Both the position numbers and the translations under genes were made by a program. A DNA stretch of 64,000 bases from Candidatus Latescibacterota bacterium (GTDB lineage Bacteria; Latescibacterota; UBA2968; UBA8231). A model generated the notes under the pieces. It worked only from the letters and a program-made list of their open reading frames with translations. It was not told where the DNA came from and searched no databases. Below, piece after piece: positions 10,872 through 20,274 of this stretch. The stretch is from positions 2,656,001 through 2,720,000 of the forward strand of contig OZ220089.1 in NCBI GenBank assembly GCA_964291625.2, read 5' to 3'. Numbering within the stretch: position 1 is the first letter of the stretch; each line of letters starts with the position of its first letter.

Positions 10872-13580
10872 TCACTCCTCGACGAAGGCGGCCGCTCCCA
10901 GGAGCCGGACCTCGTCGCACGGCACGGCGGGATAGTCCCGCACGGTGATCGACCTCTCGGAGGCGCTCTCCACGTCATAGCCGGTGTCCGCTGCCAGCAG
11001 CCAGGTCCCGGGAAGGCTCTCGGGGTCGGGCGCGGCTTCGGCGAGGCGGAAGGTGCGGCCCTCCACCGAGGCGACGCGCAGGGGACCCTGCGCGCGGTCC
11101 AGGGTCAGGGTACGGCCGCCGCAGCGCAGGGCCGTGCCGCACAGCAGGAAGGCCCGCCGCAGATTCCCCCCGTCGTCCACGGAGGCGAACCCGAAGCGGC
11201 CCTCGATGGAGAGCGGCCCGACCTCGTGGGCGCCGCCCCCCGGCGCCGAGAGGATGTAGTCGGTGCATCCCCGCCGCTGGACGGCGACGCCCAGGGCGCC
11301 GGTGGCGGGGTCGTCCAGCAGCAGCCGGGCGCCGCGCACGGGGGACTCCTCGACATAGGGGGTGATGACCGCGGTGAAGCGGCTGACCAGGTCCGCGTCG
11401 CCGCGGCGCTCGGCCAGGACCTGCTGCACCGGCGGGGCGTGGAGCTGGTCGCCGGTGTCCGAGCGCCAGCCGGGGGCATCCGCCAGGAGCAGCCGGTCCA
11501 CGGGGTTGAGGAGGGTCAGGTCCATGCGCACCTCCTCGTTGAGCCAGGTGGCGGTGAAGGGCTGCCGCGGCCGGCCGGCGCGCAGGTTGTCGAGCCACTC
11601 GATCTCCTCGTCCACCGGCTCCAGGTCGACGCCTTCAAGGCCGGCCAGGCCTCCGTTGCAGTGGAAGCCGTACTGGTGCAGCCGGCCGCCGTCGACGCGG
11701 AAGAAGTCGACGGCATAGGTCCCGCCGGGGACATGGACGAGGGTGCAGGTGCGCTGGTAGCGTCCGCACTGCTCGTACTGCCCGGCCGAGGCCTGCACCA
11801 CCTCGACGCCGGCGCCCGTCCCGAACAGCTCCAGGGCGGCGGGCTCGGTGGCGCCCCTCTGACTCGCGGCGTCCACGGTGACGATGTTGTGGGAGAGGGT
11901 GCTCCGGGTCCACGCGTTCCTCGGATCGTCCCAGATGTAGCCGCGGTCGGCGGCCATCTCCTTCCCGTGGGCGATGTAGATGAGGCCCAGGCTGTCGTAG
12001 TGGCGGTGGCCGCCGCAGGCATAGCCGTTGAGGTACAGGGCCGTGTGCCCCTCCGGGTCGCCGCCCCGCAGGACGGCCACGTGCCAGCCCGGGAACCACT
12101 CGGTGCGGCGCGGCAGGCCGGTCTCGCCCGCGGCCGTCAGACCGGGGTCCCGGTGCCACAGGGCGTACTCCGTCCCCTTCTCCGCCAAGGGCGCGCCCTG
12201 GGCCTTCTCCAGCAGGCCGGCGTAGCCGCCGCCGTAGTGGGCGGCCAGGACCTCGGCGTGGATGGGGTCGATGCCCTGGCCGTCGTGGGAGTCGCCGATG
12301 ACGGGGTCCTGCAGGTTCGGGTCGAGCATGCGCACCATGCTCTCCAGGGCCAGGCGGTAGCGGTCGAACCGCTGGAAGGGATCGAGGTCGTCCAGGCGGG
12401 TCCCGCTCTCCGTCGCGTAGCCCTCCGGGTCGGAGTATCCAGTGAGCATCTCCGGGATCTCGCGCAGGAGGTTGAGGTGCATGGAGGAGTACCCCGGCGA
12501 CTCGGTGCAGAAGCCGTCGAAGTGGAAGGCCTCCTCCAGCAGGGCCTCGAGGCCCTCGATGGCACGGCGCACGCTCTCCGGCTTCTCGAAGAGGATGCCC
12601 GCCGCCGCGCTCAGGGCCCGGCCGGGGCCGCACTTGTTGTTGATGGCGCTCCAGTTCTCGGTGTCGGCCCAGCCGGCCAGGATGAGGTCGTCGACGATGC
12701 GGCGGTCCATCTCCGGCGTGATCACCGGGGAGCCGTCGTCGTGGAGGGCCCCGCGGATCAGGTCCCAGGCGAGGGTGGCCGAGAGGATCATCCGGCCGTC
12801 GGAGCCGCTGCACCCCATGCGCCCGGCGCCCCAGAAGCCGTTGTTGAGGACGGCGTGGTCGCCCTGGAGATGGCGGCCCTCGAAGGCGGTGATGATCGTC
12901 TCGGGGGGGAAGCGCCCGGCCGGCGGATGGGCGCCCATGGCGGCGGCCGCCTCCCCCGGGGGGCAGTCGGCGACGGTGCCGTCGTAGGAGTGGAAGAGCC
13001 AGGTGGGATAGCGCCGCGCCAGGCAGTCCATGATCGACGCCGACCAGCGGGCGCAGGCGGCGTCGCCGGTGAGGGCGTAGAGCTTGGCGAGGGGCAGCAT
13101 CTTCTCGAAGCACCAGTTGATCTTCATCGAGCGGATGATGCCGGTCCAGCTCGTGTGCACGGGCCAGTTCACCCACTTGAAGGCGTGCCGGCCCGACCTG
13201 TCTTCGGGATGGGCGCGCTCCTCGTCGGTCAGGTAGAAGGTGAAGGTCTGGCCCATCCGGGGGGCGGTGACGCTGCCGGTCTCGGGATGGTCGTCGCTGG
13301 GGTACTCGGTGCTGCAGTACTTGCAGACCAGGCGGTCGGGCTCCCGGACATCCCAGTCGTAGATGCCGGTCTCCCCCATGGTGGAGAGCCGGTTGACGCA
13401 GACCGGACAGTTCTGGCCGTACTGGGGCCAGGGGGTCAGCTCGGGCATCATCGCCTCGACGAAGCCGGGGTCCTGCTCCATCAGGTAGGCCACCTGCTGC
13501 GTCCACCCTTCGACGATGGCCTGGGCCCACGGGTGGCGGGCCACGTTCTCCCGGGCCCTGTCGACGTTGAGCAGCGGCAA
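10872..13580 (-). CDS. Heparinase II/III family protein (putative polysaccharide lyase)
   Basis: ESPGY, GHRHYDSLGL, DRGY and TLSHNIVTVD motifs; TTG start behind AGGAGG at 13580. Confidence 0.8.
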   Translation of the reverse strand: MPLLNVDRARENVARHPWAQAIVEGWTQQVAYLMEQDPGFVEAMMPELTPWPQYGQNCPVCVNRLSTMGETGIYDWDVREPDRLVCKYCSTEYPSDDHPETGSVTAPRMGQTFTFYLTDEERAHPEDRSGRHAFKWVNWPVHTSWTGIIRSMKINWCFEKMLPLAKLYALTGDAACARWSASIMDCLARRYPTWLFHSYDGTVADCPPGEAAAAMGAHPPAGRFPPETIITAFEGRHLQGDHAVLNNGFWGAGRMGCSGSDGRMILSATLAWDLIRGALHDDGSPVITPEMDRRIVDDLILAGWADTENWSAINNKCGPGRALSAAAGILFEKPESVRRAIEGLEALLEEAFHFDGFCTESPGYSSMHLNLLREIPEMLTGYSDPEGYATESGTRLDDLDPFQRFDRYRLALESMVRMLDPNLQDPVIGDSHDGQGIDPIHAEVLAAHYGGGYAGLLEKAQGAPLAEKGTEYALWHRDPGLTAAGETGLPRRTEWFPGWHVAVLRGGDPEGHTALYLNGYACGGHRHYDSLGLIYIAHGKEMAADRGYIWDDPRNAWTRSTLSHNIVTVDAASQRGATEPAALELFGTGAGVEVVQASAGQYEQCGRYQRTCTLVHVPGGTYAVDFFRVDGGRLHQYGFHCNGGLAGLEGVDLEPVDEEIEWLDNLRAGRPRQPFTATWLNEEVRMDLTLLNPVDRLLLADAPGWRSDTGDQLHAPPVQQVLAERRGDADLVSRFTAVITPYVEESPVRGARLLLDDPATGALGVAVQRRGCTDYILSAPGGGAHEVGPLSIEGRFGFASVDDGGNLRRAFLLCGTALRCGGRTLTLDRAQGPLRVASVEGRTFRLAEAAPDPESLPGTWLLAADTGYDVESASERSITVRDYPAVPCDEVRLLGAAAFVEE

Positions 13581-13711
13581 GGGGTCCTCCTTTTGTATCG
13601 ACCGGCGCGCGCCCTTCAGCCGGCCCGTTTCAAAGATTGACGCTCGGGTTCCGCTGCGGTAACCTCGCGCCGGAAGGGCCCCCTGCGCCAACAACCGCCG
13701 GAGAAGCGGCC

Positions 13712-14551
13712 ATGCCAGACTACGACTACCACTTCGACCGCGACGACCTCGATGCGGCTCTGTCCTGCCTGGACGAGCACGGCTTCTGCGTCATCCAGGG
13801 GATGATCGATGCGGACACGGTGGCGGCGCTGAAGGCCGGCATCGACCGCCACCTGGACCCCGACGGCGACCTGGGACCGGCGTCCAACCGCTACCACATG
13901 ACCTTCGCAGAGGACAGCGAGGAGGTCTGGAGGCTGGTCGACAATCCCGCCTTCATGCGTTTCATCCGGCGGGTCCACGGCACCGAGGACCTCTGCCTGC
14001 ACCGGTCGGCAGCCATCCTGCGCACCCCGGGCGAGGGCATGGGCGGCTGGCACCAGGACCACCGCGGGCACATCGCCCGCCCCCAGCGCGCCAACGACGT
14101 GCTCAACCGGTTTCCCATCCCCAGCGGCACCTGGTTCTACCTCAACGGCAGCGATCCCGGCCGCAGCGGCATCGCCGTCATCGAGAGGTCCCATCATCCC
14201 GACTGGGAGGGGCCGGAGGGGTACGCCATCGGTCCGGACCGCGTCGGGTTGCATCCGGAGGACGCCGCGCCGGACGCGTCGTACGACGGCATGTCCGTCC
14301 CCGGCTGCGTGCCGGTCCTGGCCGACCCGGGCGACCTCATCTGCTTCGCCGCCCTCACCTGGCACGCCAACATGGCCACCCGCGAGCGGCGTTATTCCTG
14401 CGGCATCGGCTTCCGGCCCAGGTCCTTCCGCATCGACGCGCCCTGGCCCCTGCCGGCCTCGGCCCGGGCCCTGGCCGAGCGGCTGCCCGACCGGCTCAAG
14501 CACTACATGGACGGATACGTCGGCTTCGACGGGGAGTGGCGGGCGGAGTAG
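13712..14551 (+). CDS. Phytanoyl-CoA dioxygenase family Fe/2OG enzyme
   Basis: EHGFCVI, WHQD, PGDLICF...WHAN...R facial triad. Confidence 0.85.
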   Translation: MPDYDYHFDRDDLDAALSCLDEHGFCVIQGMIDADTVAALKAGIDRHLDPDGDLGPASNRYHMTFAEDSEEVWRLVDNPAFMRFIRRVHGTEDLCLHRSAAILRTPGEGMGGWHQDHRGHIARPQRANDVLNRFPIPSGTWFYLNGSDPGRSGIAVIERSHHPDWEGPEGYAIGPDRVGLHPEDAAPDASYDGMSVPGCVPVLADPGDLICFAALTWHANMATRERRYSCGIGFRPRSFRIDAPWPLPASARALAERLPDRLKHYMDGYVGFDGEWRAE

Positions 14552-14571
14552 AGCCGCCGGACTCGGCTCGC

Positions 14572-15387
14572 TCAGGCGCGGGGCCAGAACTGGTTCCAGG
14601 CGGTCATCCAGTCGCCAGCGCGGCTCTCGACGGAGAGAGGCCCCGTCGCCTCGACCCCGGGGCGCCCCTTGAAATCGGCGAGCTTGTCGACACTGGCCAG
14701 CTCGATCCGGATCGTCGTCGGCCGCTCGGGGACGTAGGGCCGGGTGCGGACCGGATCGGTGAGCGCCTTCCGGGCCGCCTCCTCGATCCGCTCCCGGACG
14801 CGGGCGGGCGCCAGCTGCCGGGCGCTGAAGCGGCTCAGGCCCTTCTTGACCGCCACCGTCGGGAGCGAGTCGCCGAGGAGGGCCCTGGCCTCCCGGCAGA
14901 CGGCGGCGTCGCCGGTGACCAGGGCGACGGGGACCCCGTGGTGACCGTTGAGCGCCGCGTTGACGCCGGTCTCGCCCACGAGATCGTCGTTGAACCAGAG
15001 GTTCCGGTAGCGGACGCTGGAGATCGTGTGGCACAGCACCCCGTCGGGCGTGCCGTCGCGGGCGTGCATGCCGATGGGCAGACAGGCGTCGCACCCCGTC
15101 TCCCACATCTCGTCGTAGCGGCCCCACCCGTGGTGGGCGACCCACTCGCAGTCGGGGTGGATCTTGTCGGGGATGAGGGAGTTGAAGCCCCAGCCCTCGC
15201 CGGCGCCGTGGCAGTCGACGACGACGACCTCCGTCGCCCCGGCGGCCCTGGCTCCGCGCACGGCGGCATTGATCTCCTCCGTGTAGAGATGCCGCCCCTC
15301 CTCGAACATCGGGTCGCCGCCAGTCACCTGGTTCCACACGACGATGCCGCTCACCCCCTCCATGTCGGACATGATCAGCACGCGCAT
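14572..15387 (-). CDS. M55 family D-aminopeptidase (DppA-like)
   Basis: SDMEGVSG, DCHG, GMHA, HTISS and VTGD metal-binding motifs. Confidence 0.92.
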   Translation of the reverse strand: MRVLIMSDMEGVSGIVVWNQVTGGDPMFEEGRHLYTEEINAAVRGARAAGATEVVVVDCHGAGEGWGFNSLIPDKIHPDCEWVAHHGWGRYDEMWETGCDACLPIGMHARDGTPDGVLCHTISSVRYRNLWFNDDLVGETGVNAALNGHHGVPVALVTGDAAVCREARALLGDSLPTVAVKKGLSRFSARQLAPARVRERIEEAARKALTDPVRTRPYVPERPTTIRIELASVDKLADFKGRPGVEATGPLSVESRAGDWMTAWNQFWPRA

Positions 15388-15414
15388 CGTCGCGGCCTCC
15401 CTTGAGCCGCCGCT

Positions 15415-15681
15415 CTATCTGGGTGATGAGGGTGGAGCGAGGAGGGCCTTGAGGGAGCCCCAGCCGGCGCCCTGGACGGCGGTGGGGCCGCTCACCACGA
15501 GGCGGACCACGCCGAGGTGCGGCCCCCCCGACCTCATGGCGGCGAAGTAGGTCCCGGCCCCGGCGGGAGAGGCGACGATCTGGTGAGCGCCGGCGTGGTG
15601 GATCTGCTCCCAGTTCAGGCCGCCGTCGGTGCTCAGGAATGTGATCGCCAGGATCAGGAGCGCTGTTCGACACGGTTTCAT
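15415..15681 (-). pseudogene. Internally deleted secreted BNR/Asp-box protein remnant (88 aa)
   Basis: GGAGG RBS; signal-peptide start MKPCRTALLILAITFL joined directly to Asp-box STDGGLNW and a TAV....WGSLK tail. Confidence 0.55.
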
Positions 15682-15813
15682 GGCCGACCTCCTTGCCACT
15701 GATCCCTGTCTGTGACGGAAGATCCGATCCGCATGTCCGCTCGGCAAGGTCCCCTCGTTGACCGTCGTCGTGGCGGGGAATAGGATCTCCGCCAACCCGC
15801 CGGGAGGGACCCC

Positions 15814-16557
15814 ATGACGCCGGAACAGAAGTATCTCTTCGACCTGCAGGGCTTCGTCGTCCTCGAGGACGTGGTCCCGCGGTCGGTCATCGCGGCGTGC
15901 AACGAGGCCCTCGACGGATTCGAGGAGATGGACCCCGAGGACTACCCGCCCCCTCTCTGCCTCGGCACCGAGAAGACGGAGCAGGAGCTCTACATCTCCA
16001 ACATCCTCGAAGCGTCCCCGGTCTTCGCCCCCCTGATCGACATTCCCGAGGTCCTCGACATCGTGGCCGGAGTGACCGGCGGGCCCTGGCGCCTGAACCA
16101 CACCTACACGATCTACCGTTGGGGCGGCGGCTACACGGGCCTGCACATGCACGGCACGCCGATCATCCCCAAGTGCCAGTATCACTGCCGCAACGGACAG
16201 ATGGTCTCGACCCTGACCAAGGCGGTCTTTCCCATGCTCGACTGCGATGTCGAGGACGGGTGCTTCGCCGTGGTCCCGGGCGCCCACAAGAGCAACTTCC
16301 CGCGCCCCTGGGGACACCATCCCGCCGAGACCCCGGTCCTCGCCCCGGTCCCCGCCAGAGCCGGAGACGCCATCGTCTTCACCGAGGCCCTGACCCACGG
16401 CTCGACGATCAACGTATCGGGCCGTCCGCGCCGCACCCTCTACTACTGCTACAGCATCGGATACATGCCGGACTGGGGCGGCCAGGGCCTGCGCTTCAGC
16501 GACCGGGTCATGGGCGGCCTCACCGAGGCCCAGCGCGAGATCATCGAGCTGAAGTAG
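15814..16557 (+). CDS. Phytanoyl-CoA dioxygenase family protein (HxH variant)
   Basis: QKYLFDLQGF, LHMHG, VVPGAHK, AGDAIVFTEALTHG...RR. Confidence 0.85.
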   Translation: MTPEQKYLFDLQGFVVLEDVVPRSVIAACNEALDGFEEMDPEDYPPPLCLGTEKTEQELYISNILEASPVFAPLIDIPEVLDIVAGVTGGPWRLNHTYTIYRWGGGYTGLHMHGTPIIPKCQYHCRNGQMVSTLTKAVFPMLDCDVEDGCFAVVPGAHKSNFPRPWGHHPAETPVLAPVPARAGDAIVFTEALTHGSTINVSGRPRRTLYYCYSIGYMPDWGGQGLRFSDRVMGGLTEAQREIIELK

Positions 16558-16588
16558 GACGATCCCCGAACCTCGACAGGAGGCACGA

Positions 16589-17302
16589 ATGAGCCAGGCA
16601 TCGCCGGAAGTCTTCGAAGGTCTCAGGCAGCTCGATACCGCGACCATCTTCAACGCCGTCATCGAGGCCCGCGGCGCCAGCCAGGGCGGGCGCGAGCTCG
16701 AGGGTCAGGGCGGCATGCCCTTCAACTACATGGGGCCGGGGATGCAGTGCATGCTGCCGCGGCTCGGCATGGCCGTCGGCTACGCCGTCACCTGCGAGCT
16801 GACCACCCACGACCCGGACATGCCGGCCCTGGACTGGTACGAGTACTACGACTTCCTCGACGAGCACCCCGCCCCGATGGTGAGCATCATGAAGGACGTC
16901 GACACCCGCGCCGGCCGCGGCGCGGCCCTGGGGGACGGCATGGCCGCCACCCACAAGCACCTGGGCGTATCCGGCATCGTCGTCGACGGATCGATACGGG
17001 ACCTGGCGGGGATCGAGCGGGTGGGCCTGCCGGTCTGGGGAACGGGTACATCCCCCGGTCACGGAGTGCTGAGCCTGGTGCGCCACAACCACCCGATCAC
17101 GGTCAACGAGCTCCTGATCTTCCCCGGGGAGATCGTCGCCGCCGACCGCGACGGAGTGGTGAAGATCCCCGCGGGCGACGACGCCGCGAAGGTGCTGGAG
17201 AAGGGCCTGGAGATCCAGGAGCGGGAGGCCCGCTACCACGCCATGTTCTCCAGGCCCGGGCTGACCTGGCAGGATATCAAGGACTACAAGGCGGAGAAGT
17301 AG
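16589..17302 (+). CDS. RraA/HMG aldolase family protein
   Basis: VGYAVT, LGDGMA, GIVVDGSIRD, PGEIVAADRDGVVKIP. Confidence 0.9.
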   Translation: MSQASPEVFEGLRQLDTATIFNAVIEARGASQGGRELEGQGGMPFNYMGPGMQCMLPRLGMAVGYAVTCELTTHDPDMPALDWYEYYDFLDEHPAPMVSIMKDVDTRAGRGAALGDGMAATHKHLGVSGIVVDGSIRDLAGIERVGLPVWGTGTSPGHGVLSLVRHNHPITVNELLIFPGEIVAADRDGVVKIPAGDDAAKVLEKGLEIQEREARYHAMFSRPGLTWQDIKDYKAEK

Positions 17303-17390
17303 GACGGCGCACTGCCGGTCCGGTGGCGAATACCGTGGACGTGCCGTCCCGTTCGACAAGGTATCGGATGACAATTACATTTTAGGCACA

Positions 17391-17415
17391 CTATGTCCAT
17401 TCGGCGTGGACATAG
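17391..17415. promoter_or_regulatory. Inverted repeat abutting the abiEi start (candidate autoregulatory operator)
   Basis: CTATGTCCA-N7-TGGACATAG, perfect 9-bp arms, in an AT-richer leader directly before GTG 17416. Confidence 0.5.
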
Positions 17416-18072
17416 GTGCTCATAAAGATCCCATTGTTACGCCACCAGATCGATCGGGATGTCTTCGATTACCAGCAGCTGGTCGCCTGTCTGTCCCGGT
17501 ACAGCAAGCCAAGGGACAGGATCCGCAGGTTGTTGGCCGGCGGAGAGATCGTGCGCATCAGGAAGGGATTGTACGCCTTTGGCGAGCCCTTCCGGCGAGC
17601 CCCCATCAGCCGGGAACTGCTGGCCAACCTCATCTACGGTCCTTCCTACATAAGCCTGGACTACGCGCTCAACTACCACGGACTCATACCGGAGCGCGTC
17701 CCCACGGTCACCTCGATGACGGTGGGGCGATCCCGCGCCTTCCTGACGCCTTTCGGCACTTTCTCCTATCGCCGCCTGAGCCCGGACCGCTACGCCGTCG
17801 GAGTCCTCCTCGAGGAGCGGAGGGACCTGTCCTTCCTGATCGCTTCTCCGGAAAAGGCCCTTGCGGACAAGGTCTGGACCGACAAGCGCTTCGACGGAAT
17901 CCGCCTGGGTGACTACGGGCCGTACCTGCTCGACGACCTGCGGCTGGATCCCGACCGACTGGCCGACCTCGACCAGGACCGCCTCGATTCGGTAGCGAGA
18001 GCCTGCGACTCGCGGAAGCTCCATCGGCTCGCGCGCTGCCTGAAGACGCTGAGGGATCAGGGCCATGCATGA
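17416..18072 (+). CDS. abiEi: Type IV TA antitoxin AbiEi family
   Basis: RIRKGLY winged-helix motif, PSYISLDYALNYHGLIPE, IASPEKALAD. Confidence 0.88.
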   Translation: MLIKIPLLRHQIDRDVFDYQQLVACLSRYSKPRDRIRRLLAGGEIVRIRKGLYAFGEPFRRAPISRELLANLIYGPSYISLDYALNYHGLIPERVPTVTSMTVGRSRAFLTPFGTFSYRRLSPDRYAVGVLLEERRDLSFLIASPEKALADKVWTDKRFDGIRLGDYGPYLLDDLRLDPDRLADLDQDRLDSVARACDSRKLHRLARCLKTLRDQGHA

Positions 18073-18928
18073 TGCCATCCGCACCATGCTCGCCCGCTAC
18101 GCGTTGCAGACGGACGACGATTGCGTCAATGCGCTCCGGGAGATACTGCAGGAACTGGCCCTGCTCGGTCTCTGGCGCAGCAAGTTCTTCGAACATGCCG
18201 CCTTCTACGGAGGCACGGCCCTGCGCGTGCTCCACGGCCTGGATCGCTATTCCGAGGACATCGATTTCTCGCTGCTCGCGCCCGACCCGGGGTTTTCGCT
18301 CGGGCAATACGGCGAGTCACTCGCCCGTGAGATCGGCAGTTTTGGTTTTCACGTCGAGTTCGAGCAAAGGGCGCCGACCCGGCGGACGGCCATCGAGTCC
18401 GCCTTCCTCAAGGCTGATACACTCGAGCAGCTGCTCGTCATCGAAGCCGACCCCGACCTGCTCGCCGGCCGGCATCCCGGGGCCGCCCTGAGGATCAAGC
18501 TCGAGGTCGACACCGATCCGCCCGGCGGCTTCGAGACCGAGAGCCGCTATCTGCTGCGCCCCATCCCGTTTGCCGTTCGTGCCTATTCCCTGCCCGACCT
18601 GCTCGCCGGCAAGTTGCACGCCATCCTGTGCCGGAAGTGGAGGACGCGGGTCAAGGGCCGGGACTGGTACGATCTGGCCTGGTACGCCGGCCGTCATCCG
18701 CGGGTGCGTCTTAGCCATCTCGAGGCGCGCATGAGGCAGTCGGGCGATCACCCGGAGGATGCGCCGTTGACCAGGGTGCGCTTGATGGAGCTCCTGAACC
18801 AGGCGGTCGACCGGCTCGATGTCGATCGCGCCCGGGACGACGTGGTCCGGTTCATTCCCGATCCACGGAGCGTCGAGATCTGGTCGAACGATTTCTTTTT
18901 CGAGGTCGTCCGGCGCATTGAAAGCTGA
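18065..18928 (+). CDS. abiEii: Type IV TA toxin AbiEii/AbiGii nucleotidyltransferase
   Basis: FYGGTAL...RYSEDIDF NTase motif, KLEVD, KLHA, KGRDWYD; overlaps abiEi. Confidence 0.93.
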   Translation: MHDAIRTMLARYALQTDDDCVNALREILQELALLGLWRSKFFEHAAFYGGTALRVLHGLDRYSEDIDFSLLAPDPGFSLGQYGESLAREIGSFGFHVEFEQRAPTRRTAIESAFLKADTLEQLLVIEADPDLLAGRHPGAALRIKLEVDTDPPGGFETESRYLLRPIPFAVRAYSLPDLLAGKLHAILCRKWRTRVKGRDWYDLAWYAGRHPRVRLSHLEARMRQSGDHPEDAPLTRVRLMELLNQAVDRLDVDRARDDVVRFIPDPRSVEIWSNDFFFEVVRRIES

Positions 18929-18954
18929 CTACAGGTCGGAGCAGTAGGGAGGCC

Positions 18955-19815
18955 TCAGGCCGCCGGAAGCGCCGCCAGCGCCCGGCGCAGGAATGCCGCG
19001 TCCGCCCGGGCCCACTCCTCCAGGTTCGGCGGTGAGGTCTCGGCGTAGCCCACCTGGCGGATGATCGCCTCGTCGAAGCTGTACTCGGTGTGCACGGTCA
19101 GCGGTCCGTCGAAGCCGTAACCGCGGAGGATGCCGAGGCAGCGGCTCCAGTCGACGCAGCCCTCCCCCACCTTCACGAAGCAGGGGTTCCAGGGCGGACT
19201 CCTCTCCGGCTCGCGGCGGTACATCGCGTCCTTGATCCCCACGACGGAGAGATGATTGCGCACCATGGCCAGTCCCATCTCCCAGTCCTCGCCATCAAGG
19301 GCCTGGTGCCCGAGATCGGGATAGGCCCCGACCAGGCGCGGGTCGAATCCCCGGATCAGGTGCATCAAGCCGGCGCAATTCGAGCCGAGGCAGCCCCCGC
19401 TGTGGACCTGGTAGCAGGTCTGCACCCCGTGCTTCTCGCTGAGCCCGGCGAAGCCCTCCAGGTCCCTTCGCGCCGTATCGACGGCCTGCCAGTAGTCCTC
19501 GCCTGACGAGAACCGCCAGAACCCGATCTTCAGCCGCGGGACCCCGGCCTCGGCGCAGGCGGCATACAGACCCTCCGCGGCGGGGGTGGCGGGATCGAGG
19601 AAGTCCGTCGGCGCCGTCGCCAGCGGGCAGGAGAGCCCCTCCCTGCGCCACGCGGCCACCGCCTTGGGAAGCTCAGCCTCGGCGTTGCCGGGGTGAACCG
19701 GGTGCCCGGGACGCACGCAGACGTCGATCCCGTCGTATCCCAGCTCCAGCGCCTTGGCGCCCAACTCCGGCACCGGCAGATCCGCGAAGAACTTCGAGTT
19801 CAGAACGATCTGCAT
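18955..19815 (-). CDS. Sugar phosphate isomerase/epimerase (xylose-isomerase-like TIM barrel)
   Basis: GYDGID, YQVHSG, DLGH, IKD, GEGCVDW, GFDGPLTVHTEY. Confidence 0.85.
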   Translation of the reverse strand: MQIVLNSKFFADLPVPELGAKALELGYDGIDVCVRPGHPVHPGNAEAELPKAVAAWRREGLSCPLATAPTDFLDPATPAAEGLYAACAEAGVPRLKIGFWRFSSGEDYWQAVDTARRDLEGFAGLSEKHGVQTCYQVHSGGCLGSNCAGLMHLIRGFDPRLVGAYPDLGHQALDGEDWEMGLAMVRNHLSVVGIKDAMYRREPERSPPWNPCFVKVGEGCVDWSRCLGILRGYGFDGPLTVHTEYSFDEAIIRQVGYAETSPPNLEEWARADAAFLRRALAALPAA

Positions 19816-19866
19816 GCTTGCTGTCCCTCCTGAGGCCGCAGGCCCTGGGCGCGCAGCGATCCACCG

Positions 19867-20158
19867 GATCGAGTGGCGCCGGGCTCATCGCCGGTCCAGG
19901 TCCCGTGCCCGGCGCCACACGTTACATAAGAAGAGTGTGGTCGGTGGTCTCAACCCAGGGCGGTGACGGCGGCGCAGGCCGCGCCGGTGCGGCGCACTAC
20001 GCCGGGCCGGGGTCAACAACCTCTCACATCCAGGAGGCCCAGAGACCCGAGCGCAGCGAGGGGCTCGCCAGCCCAACGAATCCCTCTCGGCGATAGCCCC
20101 ACCAACGACGCCCGGCGTACGCGCCGCCGAGGCGCGGCCGGAGCCGCCGGCACCGCCC
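19867..20158 (+). repeat. Structured intergenic element copy 1 (5' hairpin module + 201-bp core 19958-20158)
   Basis: Core GGGCGGTGACGGCGGC...TACGCCGGGCCGGGGTCAACAAC...CCCAGAGACCCGAGCGCAGCGAGGGGCTCGCCA...GCCCGGCGTA...GCCGCCGGCACCGCCC is shared with four other loci. Confidence 0.92.
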
Positions 20159-20274
20159 CCTCGCGGGAGCCGTCGCTGGAATCCGAGCGGTCGCTGGTCG
20201 ACAATCAGGACGTGACGGATTATCAATCACGACATGATCGATTTGCACCGGCCCGTTTCAACTGAAAGGACACC

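Noticed and set aside
19958-20158. Element as tRNA, SRP, tmRNA, RNase P or group II intron fragment
   Set aside because: No cloverleaf/T-loop, SRP loop or domain V signature was recognised by eye; an Rfam search is still needed.
19754-20265. Short ORFs spanning the repeat element (also 21826-22140, 45594-45794, 49208-49935, 55177-55770)
   Set aside because: The copies differ by non-triplet indels, share no start or stop, and their conservation follows base pairing rather than codons.
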